Shown here in pieces: positions 46,737-55,302 of a DNA stretch of 64,000 nt. Location: contig DAOTXR010000052.1 in NCBI GenBank assembly GCA_034435375.1, forward strand, positions 228,093 through 292,092, in the 5' to 3' direction. The DNA comes from Anaerolineae bacterium. Lineage in GTDB: Bacteria > Chloroflexota > Anaerolineae > Aggregatilineales > UBA3940. The first letter of the stretch is position 1, and every line of letters begins with the position of its first letter. The translations under genes and the position numbers were made by a program. Under the pieces are notes generated by a model. It worked only from the letters and a program-made list of their open reading frames with translations, was not told where the DNA came from and ran no database searches.

Positions 46737-47759
46737 TTACGGCGTCTCTAGTTCGGGCTGGCGGGCTGCGTTTGTTGCCTTGGCAAAGTCCTGCCAGTGG
46801 ATTCCCTGCTGGGCCATGTAGAGGAAACCCAGTAGGGTGATCGGGAAGAACAGCGCAGCGTGCAGCACGAGGGTGTAGGCTGCTGCGACGTTGGCCTCGA
46901 TCCCAAAAGCCTTTAAGATCTCGATCCCCGGCTCATCAAACGTGCCAACATAGCCGGGGGAGCTAGGCAGCGTGGTTGCCAAGTTCACGACGGCCGTCAT
47001 CAGCATCAGGACAAAAAAACTGACCTGAAAATTGAAGGCATGCATCACAAACCAGTACTTGGTCGTCTCGGTCAGCCAGATCGCAATCGAAGTGACCAAC
47101 GTCATAGCCATGTCGGCAGGGCTGCGCAGCGACGACAACCCATCCATGAAACGATCGGCCTGTGTCAGCAGGAACTGCTGGACGCGCTCGATGGGGATTA
47201 CCTGTCGTATCATCACTGTGTAGATGCGCCGGGTGAATGCCGGACGCATCGCCAACAGAAAGAAGGCCAGCAGCACGCCAAAGAACACAATGGTCATCCA
47301 GATCACAACACGGTCGTAAGGCGCAGGGATACGAGCGAACGGCAGCGCCACAAAGACAAAGAGCAGCATCACCAGCCCGTCAAAAATGCGTTCGACGATC
47401 ACGGTTGCCAGCGAAGCGCTGATCTTCACGTCCTCGTTACGCTCTAATACATAAGCCCGGATAAACTCGCCAGCACGGAAGGGGTAGACGTTGTTTCCCA
47501 TGTAGCCGATCACGACGATAGGGAACAGTCGACCCAGGCTCACGTGTTTGAGCGGACGCAACAGATAGTGCCATCGCCAAGTACGTGCCCACACCGCCAC
47601 AAAGTAGACGGCAACGCCAGGCACAATCCACCCGTAACGTGCCCCCTGGAGGTCCAGCCAGACCTCTGTCAGGTTCAGGTCTTCCAGGACCAGGTAAAGA
47701 AATCCAGCACTGACAGCCAGCCCCACAGCCAGGGCCAACCAGCGTCTCCAACGTTTCAT
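46737..47759 (-). CDS. Flippase-like / LPG-synthase-TM (UPF0104) family membrane protein
   Basis: Start at MKRWRRWLALAVGL (ATG 47759). ...ARTWRWHYLLRP...VIGYMGNNVYPFRAGEFIRAYVL... About 8 TM segments. The stop lies 24 nt upstream of the oxidoreductase start. Confidence 0.7.
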   Translation of the reverse strand: MKRWRRWLALAVGLAVSAGFLYLVLEDLNLTEVWLDLQGARYGWIVPGVAVYFVAVWARTWRWHYLLRPLKHVSLGRLFPIVVIGYMGNNVYPFRAGEFIRAYVLERNEDVKISASLATVIVERIFDGLVMLLFVFVALPFARIPAPYDRVVIWMTIVFFGVLLAFFLLAMRPAFTRRIYTVMIRQVIPIERVQQFLLTQADRFMDGLSSLRSPADMAMTLVTSIAIWLTETTKYWFVMHAFNFQVSFFVLMLMTAVVNLATTLPSSPGYVGTFDEPGIEILKAFGIEANVAAAYTLVLHAALFFPITLLGFLYMAQQGIHWQDFAKATNAARQPELETP

Positions 47760-47955
47760 GATCACCTCGGCACACGAACAAGGAGGGCCGCCTGGAGTTG
47801 ACCGCCAGCAATTTGCGGCCAACTCTCGGGGGTGTCCATCGAAGCTCGACCATAAGGTCAAGCTGCTTCTGGACAAACCTCGCGCCGCCCTCCCTACTGA
47901 CCGGATTGTACCATACAAGCACAGGCCGTTCACAGCTACGACCTGTTATACACTC

Positions 47956-48453
47956 TCACTCCTCTTCTATCTCAATGAAAACCGCTTCGTCGCTCGCCAG
48001 GTCCAGCACGCACAGGGAACGCGATTCGTGGCGGGTGCCGCCCAGCGCCCCCGGATTGATCACCCGTGTAGAGCCTACCCGATCGTCATGACGACGGTGG
48101 GTATGGCCGTGAAAAAGGTACCGATATAGGCCACTCTGAAGCAGGTTGTGTAACTGATCAGGGTCGTCGCCGTGACAGGCTGCGATCCGTACCCCGCCGA
48201 TCTCGGCAGTGTACTCTCGCCCGATGGTGGCCGATCCCAGCCGCTCGACAGCAGAGCGCAGCAATGCGCTGTTGCGGTCGATATTTCCCCACACAAATGC
48301 GACTTTCTGGCCTGCAAACAACTCCACGATTTCGGTGGTGGTGATGTCGCCGCAGTGGACGATCAATGCTACGCCATGCTCACGCAAAATGTCCAGGGCA
48401 CGTTGGGTATTGTGCACGTTGCCGTGGGTATCTGAAAGAATGCCGATCTTCAT
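47956..48453 (-). CDS. YfcE/MJ0936-family metallophosphoesterase
   Basis: MKIGILSDTHGN, HCGDI, GNID, ACHGDD, FHGHTHRR. Confidence 0.85.
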   Translation of the reverse strand: MKIGILSDTHGNVHNTQRALDILREHGVALIVHCGDITTTEIVELFAGQKVAFVWGNIDRNSALLRSAVERLGSATIGREYTAEIGGVRIAACHGDDPDQLHNLLQSGLYRYLFHGHTHRRHDDRVGSTRVINPGALGGTRHESRSLCVLDLASDEAVFIEIEEE

Positions 48454-48769
48454 AGCTGACCTTTGAAAGAAAGAGTATCAACGATCTATACCTTTTTAAC
48501 CCCTCGCATGACTCTCGCCGCCTGCCAGATTGCATAGATGACAAACATCCAGCCTAATCGTGACAGGCGGTACTGTCAACTCACCACCCCATACCGTACA
48601 CTGCATCCTTGAGGGGTTTGGAAACTTGCACGATTGGGTCGTATAAATCCGCATTCATGCGACCAGGGATTCGATCAGGGATCACTGCCCTGTGAAGATC
48701 ACTACGAGCCTGAACAGGCTTGGATTTTTGGTAGGAGACGGCAACACCAATCACACAAGGCAGGTTCAT

Positions 48770-49162
48770 ATGGAAACACTTACCGTCGAGGTTCCCGCCA
48801 TGTACGGGGATCACCACGTGGTCGAGGTTCGGCGGATTCTGCTGGAACTGCCGGGCGTCGCGGAAGTCTACGCCAGTAGTGCCTTCCATGTCGTCGAAAT
48901 CACCTTCGATCCCGCCCAAACCAGTGCTGACACCATCAAGGCCCGACTTGACCAAGCGGGCTACCTGGGCGACTTGCAAGTTCCGGTCGAGACTGGTGTG
49001 CCTACTGGACGGGGAAATGGTGGCAGCAAAACTTTCTTTCGACATACTGCCGCCTTTGAAACGATGGGCAACGCAGTAAGTTTTGCTCAGCAAGTGCCCT
49101 ACCTGGGACGGCCTCTGTGGCCTTGCCCCGGCATGGGACCAATCACGTCTGTTGACGAATGA
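48770..49162 (+). CDS. HMA-fold-like small protein lacking the CxxC motif (GDHH instead); function unknown
   Basis: METLTVEVPAMYGDHHVVEVRRILLELPGVAEVYASSAFHVVEITFDPAQTSADTIKARLDQAGY matches the HMA pattern (L.V.GM.C..C....L..L.GV..V.......A.V.......I..AGY), with MYGDHH in place of GMTCxxC. A 60-aa tail contains WPCPGMG. The stop lies 14 nt before the cooS ATG. Start inferred at ATG 48770; the ORF track gives GTG 48692. Confidence 0.6.
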   Translation: METLTVEVPAMYGDHHVVEVRRILLELPGVAEVYASSAFHVVEITFDPAQTSADTIKARLDQAGYLGDLQVPVETGVPTGRGNGGSKTFFRHTAAFETMGNAVSFAQQVPYLGRPLWPCPGMGPITSVDE

Positions 49163-49176
49163 GGGGGGAACCACTC

Positions 49177-51189
49177 ATGGCCAAAAAGCGTACACCTCAA
49201 GAGCAAAGCATCGATCCAGCAGCCCAGCAAATGCTGATCCGCGCAGAGGACCTGGGCATCGGAACTGCCTTCAGCCGTGCCGACGATCTGGCCCCATGCA
49301 ACATCGGAGGGGCAGGCATGTGTTGCAAGCTGTGTGGTATGGGTCCCTGTCGGCTGACCAAAGATGGACAAACCGGCATCTGCGGAGCCACCATTGAAAC
49401 CATCCAGGCGCGTAACCTGATCCGTGCCATTGCTGCCGGGGCCGCAGCCCACTCCGATCACGGTCGCGATATGGCCTTCACGCTCAAGGCAGTGGCACAC
49501 GGCGAGACCGAAGGCTACATGATCCGCGACATCGCCAAGCTCCGCACAGTCGCCTCCTTCTATGATATTCCTATTGAGGGCCGCGCCCCTGAAGAAATTG
49601 CCAACGATTTGGCTGACCTGTACATCGCTCAGTTTGGTCAACAGCAGGGAGAGGTGGCTCCCATCAGGCGCGCCCCACAGAAACGCCAAGCGCTGTGGCG
49701 TGAGCGGGGCGTGGTGCCACGCGGCGTTGACCGCGAAGTGGTCGAGGCTTTGCACCGCACGCACATCGGTGACGACCAGGAGCCGACCCACATTCTGCAA
49801 CATGCCATCCGTACTGGCCTGGCGGATGGTTGGGGTGGCAGCATGATTGCCACCGACATCTCAGATATTTTGTTTGGAACTCCTGCACCGATTCTCGGCC
49901 AGGCCAACCTGGGTGTGCTCAAGACGGACATGGTGAACGTTATTGTTCACGGTCACGAGCCGACCTTGAGCCAGATGATCGTCGCTGCCTCTCAGGACCC
50001 AGAGATCATTGAGTATGCCAGGGCTGCGGGAGCCAACGGCGTCAATCTGTCGGGCATCTGCTGCACGGCCAATGAGATTCTGATGCGCCAGGGGATCCCA
50101 GCTGCGGGCAACTTCCTGCACCAGGAACTGGCCATCTTGACTGGCGCAGTCGAAGCCATGGTGGTTGATGTTCAGTGCGTGATGCAGGCCCTGGTTGGTC
50201 TGGCGCAGAACTTCCACACCAAGATCATCACTACCTCTCCCAAGGTCAAGATCACGGGTGCGACCCACATCGAGTTTAATGAGCACCGCGCACTGACCAT
50301 CGCCAAAGAGATTCTGAAGGTTGCCATCGACAACTACCGGAATCGCGGCGAAACGCAAATCCCCGACTATCGCCAAGACCTGATTCCCGGCTTCTCACAC
50401 GAGTACATCAACTACATGCTGGGCGGCAGCTACCGTGGTTCGTTTAGGCCATTGAATGACGCCATCATGGCCGGGCGTATCCGGGGAGTGGCAGCCATTG
50501 TTGGCTGCAACAATCCGCGCAGTCAACAGGATTACCTGCACACTTACGTCACCGAACAGCTTCTCAAGCAAGATGTGCTGGTAGTCGAGACCGGGTGCAG
50601 CGCCATCGCCAACGCCAAGTTGGGCTTCCTGCTGGGCGAGGCCGGTCTGGACAAAGTCGGTCCTGGGTTGCGCGAGGTGTGCGAGACGGTCGGCATCCCA
50701 CCAGTGCTGCACATGGGATCATGCGTCGACAACAGCCGGATTCTAACCGTTCTGACACAGGTGGTCGAGGAAGGCGGCCTGGGTGACGATATTGATCAGG
50801 TGCCAGCAGTCGGCCTTGCGCCGGAGTGGATGAGCGAGAAGGCATTGGCCATCGCCACCTACTGTATAGCCTCCGGGGCATACGTGATCTTCGGCGGCCA
50901 CAACCCGATCAGCGGTATGCCGGACAAAGTTCCCAACAGCAACGCCGTCGAACGGTACATCAGCGAGGGTTGGGAAAAACTCTATGGGGGCAAGCTGGAG
51001 TTCGTGGACGATCCTGATGAGATGATCCGCCGCACGCTGGAGCATATCGACAAGAAACGCGCGGCGCTTGGGCTGCCGGCCTATGATCCGAATCGCTTTG
51101 GACGCAGTGGGGACGCTCGTATGCGTGAGCTGGAGCAGCTTCCCCTTGAGGAGCGTCGGGCTGCACTCTACGGCGCTCCTGGTGACTAG
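49177..51189 (+). CDS. cooS: Anaerobic Ni,Fe carbon-monoxide dehydrogenase catalytic subunit
   Basis: MAKKRTPQEQSIDPAAQQML...APCNIGGAGMCCKLCGMGPCRL carries the D/B-cluster cysteines. ...HGHEP...GICCTANE...GSCVDNSR. Start at ATG 49177 behind GAGGGGGG. Confidence 0.95.
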   Translation: MAKKRTPQEQSIDPAAQQMLIRAEDLGIGTAFSRADDLAPCNIGGAGMCCKLCGMGPCRLTKDGQTGICGATIETIQARNLIRAIAAGAAAHSDHGRDMAFTLKAVAHGETEGYMIRDIAKLRTVASFYDIPIEGRAPEEIANDLADLYIAQFGQQQGEVAPIRRAPQKRQALWRERGVVPRGVDREVVEALHRTHIGDDQEPTHILQHAIRTGLADGWGGSMIATDISDILFGTPAPILGQANLGVLKTDMVNVIVHGHEPTLSQMIVAASQDPEIIEYARAAGANGVNLSGICCTANEILMRQGIPAAGNFLHQELAILTGAVEAMVVDVQCVMQALVGLAQNFHTKIITTSPKVKITGATHIEFNEHRALTIAKEILKVAIDNYRNRGETQIPDYRQDLIPGFSHEYINYMLGGSYRGSFRPLNDAIMAGRIRGVAAIVGCNNPRSQQDYLHTYVTEQLLKQDVLVVETGCSAIANAKLGFLLGEAGLDKVGPGLREVCETVGIPPVLHMGSCVDNSRILTVLTQVVEEGGLGDDIDQVPAVGLAPEWMSEKALAIATYCIASGAYVIFGGHNPISGMPDKVPNSNAVERYISEGWEKLYGGKLEFVDDPDEMIRRTLEHIDKKRAALGLPAYDPNRFGRSGDARMRELEQLPLEERRAALYGAPGD

Positions 51190-51382
51190 GGAGAGGGCCA
51201 CTCAAGTATTGTGGCGGCCCATTCCCGGAGTTCACCTTCCAGATGCCTGGTGAAATGGAAAGTTGTCTCTGGGCAAACGCTAGCCGTTTCGCAGGGCGCT
51301 GTGGTGGACCTTCTGTGAAGCCGCAAGTTTTCCGAACAACAAGAGGGACTTGTTTTTTGGAAAACGCATTAGGAGGATACAC

Positions 51383-53674
51383 ATGTCTCGTTACATCGCT
51401 ACGCGGGCCATTCGTGGTGCGAATGCCCTCGTGACCGAAGCCGAACTGATGCTTAACAAGGCTCTCCGCGAGAAGGGGCCTGATACGCCTGTTGCGTTCC
51501 CTAACACTGCTTACTATCTGCCTCTGATCTACGGCATGACCGGCGTTGCGGTGGAAAGACTTGGCCAACTGACGGAGGTGATGGCTCATGCTCGTTCGCT
51601 GCTGCATCCGGTGCCATCCGCGCACAACTGGACGCCCTACCTGGGCGAGACGCTCGACAGTGGCATGGCGACCTTGATCGCTGCTGAGGTGATTGAGGCC
51701 GTGCGCTATGTTTACAACTTGCAGCCGGAGCCAATGCCGGGCTTTGTGCTGGCTGGCGGCACGGCCTTCACCAGCCCTGACGCGGGCGTCGGAGGCGACA
51801 GTGCTCTTGCAGGTCATCTCAATGGCCCCATAGACGACATCCAGCTGCGCTCATGGGGCATCCAACTCGTGGATGGTCGTATGCCCGGCTTCGCGGCCAT
51901 TGTTGGCGCAGCCAAGTCTAACGAGGTGGCCGTCAAGATCGTGCGCGAGTTACAGCGGCGCAACATTTTGTGCTTCCTGTCGGGCAATGTCAATGGGCGC
52001 AGCATCATCCACCAGTTGATCGAGGAGGGTGTCGAGCTGGGGTACGACACCTACACTGTACCCTTTGGCACCGACACGATCAGCGCCATCTACGCACTGG
52101 GCTTTGCTACCCGTTCAGCGTTGACTTTTGGTGGGCTGAAGGGCGGAATGGCTCGCGAGATCCTGCTGTATAACAAAGCTCGTGTGTTCGCTTTTGTGCT
52201 GGCGCTAGGCGAGATTGATGACCTGAAGTATGCTGCAGCGGCAGGTGCGATCAACTTCGGTTTCCCTGTGATCGCCGACACAATCATCCCTGAGATTCTA
52301 CCCACCGGCGTCACTACCTATGAGCATGTGGTCAGTATGCCATTCAACGAGATCGAGGGAGCCGATGATCTGGAACGTGCCGAGCGGCTGGTGCAAAAGT
52401 GCATCGAGGTGCGTGGCGTCAAAGTCACCGTGGCCGACGTGCCGGTGCCAGTACCTTACGGTTCGGCCTTTGAAGGCGAAGTGGTCCGTCGCGCTGACAT
52501 GCGCGTCGAGTTCGGCGGCAAGAACTCACGATGCTTTGAATATCTGCACATGGCCCCGCTTGACGCCGTCGTGGATGGCAAGGTCGAGGTGGTCGGCCCC
52601 GGCTTTGAGGGTGTCGAGCCGCAGGGCCACATGGACATGGGCATCGTAGTCGAGGTGGCCGGACGACAGATGCAGGAAGACTTTGAGCCGGTGCTCGAGC
52701 GCCAAATCCACTACTTCATCAATGGCGCGTCAGGTATCCAGCACATTGGCCAGCGCGACATCGCCTGGATCCGCCTTTCCAACGCGGCAGTCGACAAGGG
52801 CTTTAACCTAGAGCATTTCGGCAAGATCCTGCACGCGCGCTTCCATGCTGACTTCGGAGCGATTGTCGACAAAGTGCAGGTGACGATCTACACCGACCCT
52901 CAGCCATTCCAGGAGTGGCTAGAAAAAGCACGTGCGGCCTACGACCGCCGCAACAGACGTCTGGCTGACCTCGTCGACAGCTCGGTGGATACGTTCTATT
53001 CATGCACCCTGTGCCAGTCGTTCGCTCCGAACCATGTGTGCATCATCAGCCCTGAGCGGCTGGGATTATGCGGCGCATATAACTGGCTTGACTGCAAAGC
53101 CTCGCACAGCATCAACCCTACCGGCCCCAACCAGCCAATCAAGCTAGGGACGACGCTGGATCCCGTCAAGGGTTACTTCACTGGTGTGATCGACTTTGCC
53201 AAAGTTGCCTCGCACGGCATGGTCGAGCAGGTAACGATGTACTCCATCATGGAGAACCCCATGACAGCCTGTGGTTGCTTCGAGTGCATCGTGATGTTGA
53301 TCCCCGAAGCTAACGGCGTGATGGTTGTCAGCCGTGAGGACCCTAGCATGACTCCGGCGGGTATGACATTCAGCACGCTGGCTGGCATGGCCGGTGGTGG
53401 CTTGCAGACCCCTGGGGTGATGGGGGTCGGGAAGTACTATCTGCTTAGCCCCAAGTTTATCTCCGCCGATGGTGGCTTTAAGCGTGTCGTTTGGATGAGC
53501 AGCTTCCTCAAGGAGTCGATGGCTGAGGAGCTTCAGGCTGTGGCTGTCCGTGAGGGCGACCCAGATCTGATCTCTCGGATCGCTGACGAGCGCTCTGTGA
53601 CGACAGTTGAAGAGCTGCTGGCCTGGCTGGAGGAGCATAACCATCCCGCACTGGTGATGGAAGCCATGTTCTAG
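51383..53674 (+). CDS. acsB: Acetyl-CoA synthase (A-cluster subunit of CODH/ACS)
   Basis: Start at ATG 51383 behind AGGAGG. FPNTAYYLPLIYGMTG. Cys-rich SCTLCQSFAPNHVCIISPERLGLCG. A-cluster CGCFEC. About 763 aa, bacterial long form. Confidence 0.95.
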   Translation: MSRYIATRAIRGANALVTEAELMLNKALREKGPDTPVAFPNTAYYLPLIYGMTGVAVERLGQLTEVMAHARSLLHPVPSAHNWTPYLGETLDSGMATLIAAEVIEAVRYVYNLQPEPMPGFVLAGGTAFTSPDAGVGGDSALAGHLNGPIDDIQLRSWGIQLVDGRMPGFAAIVGAAKSNEVAVKIVRELQRRNILCFLSGNVNGRSIIHQLIEEGVELGYDTYTVPFGTDTISAIYALGFATRSALTFGGLKGGMAREILLYNKARVFAFVLALGEIDDLKYAAAAGAINFGFPVIADTIIPEILPTGVTTYEHVVSMPFNEIEGADDLERAERLVQKCIEVRGVKVTVADVPVPVPYGSAFEGEVVRRADMRVEFGGKNSRCFEYLHMAPLDAVVDGKVEVVGPGFEGVEPQGHMDMGIVVEVAGRQMQEDFEPVLERQIHYFINGASGIQHIGQRDIAWIRLSNAAVDKGFNLEHFGKILHARFHADFGAIVDKVQVTIYTDPQPFQEWLEKARAAYDRRNRRLADLVDSSVDTFYSCTLCQSFAPNHVCIISPERLGLCGAYNWLDCKASHSINPTGPNQPIKLGTTLDPVKGYFTGVIDFAKVASHGMVEQVTMYSIMENPMTACGCFECIVMLIPEANGVMVVSREDPSMTPAGMTFSTLAGMAGGGLQTPGVMGVGKYYLLSPKFISADGGFKRVVWMSSFLKESMAEELQAVAVREGDPDLISRIADERSVTTVEELLAWLEEHNHPALVMEAMF

Positions 53675-53688
53675 CCAAAAGGTGTATA

Positions 53689-53721
53689 CTAGGGGATGGG
53701 GACATACATCCCATCCCCTAG
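53689..53721 (+). terminator. Intra-operon stem-loop (12-bp perfect stem) between acsB and the CBS gene
   Basis: ctaggggatggg (53689-53700), loop gacatacat, cccatcccctag (53710-53721). No U-tract follows, so it could be an attenuator, an RNA-stability element or a processing element rather than a full terminator. Confidence 0.5.
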
Positions 53722-53743
53722 TTGATCAGCCGTAGGACACGCG

Positions 53744-54295
53744 ATGAGCGGCAAACCGATCGACTCTTCCCCCCGCCTTGTGCGCGACCTGATGACTGTT
53801 GGGGTCGTGAGTTGCCCACCTCAGATGTCCATCGCCGAGGTGGCGCGTTTGCTGCTGGATAGAGATGTGGAGGGGGTGATCGTCCTGGATGATGCAGGAC
53901 ATGCTGTCGGCTTGGTCACTCAGGATGAGGTTATACGAGGCTATGGGCATCCTCATGTACACAAGCTGACGGCCATTGATATCATGCGGGAAGACATCCC
54001 CGAAATACCTGCTGATATCCCGTTGGTAGCCGCGGCTCAAATCATGCAGGATTTGAGCGTGCGAGTGGTTTTCCTGCTACACCACGACAGAGGAATAGCG
54101 TGGCCGGCGGCTATGTTGTCCTACAAGCACATCCTACGGCATCTAGCCGCGCACAGCGAAGCAGATCTGCGCGACCTAGGAATCAAAGCCACCCGCGAAG
54201 CCCCCTTAGAAACTTTTAAGAAAAAGCGGGATGCGGCGCGGCAACGATCCCAGAGTAGTGCGCTCACTGTTGATACGGAACCTAATCAGGAGTGA
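53744..54295 (+). CDS. Stand-alone CBS-pair domain protein
   Basis: 183 aa with two CBS-like units (VRDLMTVGVVSCPPQMSIAEVARLLLDRDVEGVIVLDDAGHAVGLVT and AIDIMREDIPEIPADIPLVAAAQIMQDLSVRVVFLL). Basic and disordered tail. Confidence 0.8.
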   Translation: MSGKPIDSSPRLVRDLMTVGVVSCPPQMSIAEVARLLLDRDVEGVIVLDDAGHAVGLVTQDEVIRGYGHPHVHKLTAIDIMREDIPEIPADIPLVAAAQIMQDLSVRVVFLLHHDRGIAWPAAMLSYKHILRHLAAHSEADLRDLGIKATREAPLETFKKKRDAARQRSQSSALTVDTEPNQE

Positions 54296-54301
54296 AACGC
54301 T

Positions 54302-55270
54302 ATGCCCGTCGAGATACCCAAAGACAAGTGGCCCGGTCAAGTGCGTACCGTCACGATTGGCGCAACCGCCGATCAGGGTGGCACCCGGTCGCGTGTCGTC
54401 ACAGTCGGTGGTGAGACGACCCTGCCTTATATGCATTTCGAGGGCAGTATCCCCCACCCCCCTGTCGTTGCTGTGGAGATCAAAGATCGCCGCCCGGATG
54501 ACTGGTCGGCGCTGCTGCTTGAGGTGTGGGGAGACGCTGCTCAAGACCCGGCTACATGGGCCAAGGCTGCCGAGCAGGCCGGAGCCGATCTGATCGAGTT
54601 GATGTTTACCTTGACTGACGCCAATGGCAATCCGACCACGCCAGAACTTGCTGTAGAGACTGTTAAGAAGGTGCTGGCAGCGACCGGCCTACCGTTGCTT
54701 GTCTATGGACCTGGGCAGGCAGAGGCCGACAACGCCCTGCTGGTCCCTGTGTCTGAGGCTACCAAGGGTGAGCGGTTGGTGCTGGGTCTGTGCGAGGACA
54801 AGAACTACCGCACCCTCGTAGCCACGGCGATGGCTAATGGCCACTTGGTCACAGCTCGCTGCCCCATGGATGTCAACCTTTCTAAACAGCTCAACATCCT
54901 GATTACCGATATGGGGCTGCCGCTCGACCGTATTCTGATGGACCCAACCACTGCTGCCATGGGCTATGGGATCGAGTACGGATATTCGGTCATGGAGAGG
55001 CTACGTCTGGCAGCTCTCCAGGGCGACAATATGACTCAGCTTCCGATGATCGTCACCCCCGGCTTTGAGGCGTGGAAGACCAAAGAAGCGAAAGTCGGCG
55101 AGGGCGTCCCCACAGCGTGGGGTGAGTGGCGAGAGCGCGCCATCACCTGGGAGACGCTGACTGCTGTTGCCCTGCTTGAGTCCGGTGCGGACATTGTGGT
55201 ATTACGCCACCCTGAAAGCGTCAAACGTGTCAAAGCGGCAATCCAGGAGCTAATGGCCGTCCCGGCTTGA
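54302..55270 (+). CDS. acsD: Corrinoid iron-sulfur protein small subunit
   Basis: MPVEIPKDKWPGQVRTVTIGAT..GGTRSRVVTVGGETTLPYMHFEG. 322 aa, TIM-barrel type. Start 6 nt after the CBS stop, with CAGGAG upstream. Confidence 0.9.
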   Translation: MPVEIPKDKWPGQVRTVTIGATADQGGTRSRVVTVGGETTLPYMHFEGSIPHPPVVAVEIKDRRPDDWSALLLEVWGDAAQDPATWAKAAEQAGADLIELMFTLTDANGNPTTPELAVETVKKVLAATGLPLLVYGPGQAEADNALLVPVSEATKGERLVLGLCEDKNYRTLVATAMANGHLVTARCPMDVNLSKQLNILITDMGLPLDRILMDPTTAAMGYGIEYGYSVMERLRLAALQGDNMTQLPMIVTPGFEAWKTKEAKVGEGVPTAWGEWRERAITWETLTAVALLESGADIVVLRHPESVKRVKAAIQELMAVPA

Positions 55271-55302
55271 TCCTCTTGTTGCGGCGACAAGGAGTTGAGA
55301 GA

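Noticed and set aside
48561-48578. TGACA-N8-TGTCA inverted repeat upstream of the CODH cluster as a CooA/CRP-FNR-type site
   Set aside because: The half-site orientation and the 8-nt spacing do not match the TGTGA-N6-TCACA or TTGAT-N4-ATCAA architecture. It lies about 190 nt from the first gene, and a 5-bp arm is easily due to chance.
48581-49174. 197-aa minus-strand ORF opposite the HMA-like gene
   Set aside because: It has no domain signal. The plus-strand reading has a coherent fold pattern and is coupled to cooS. The minus ORF would also run through the cooS ribosome-binding site.
49099-51817. Minus-strand ORFs 49099-49803 (234 aa), 49861-50376, 50743-51201 and 50960-51817 (285 aa)
   Set aside because: All are antisense to cooS/acsB, which carry unmistakable motifs. 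None has a recognisable domain. They are high-GC shadow frames.
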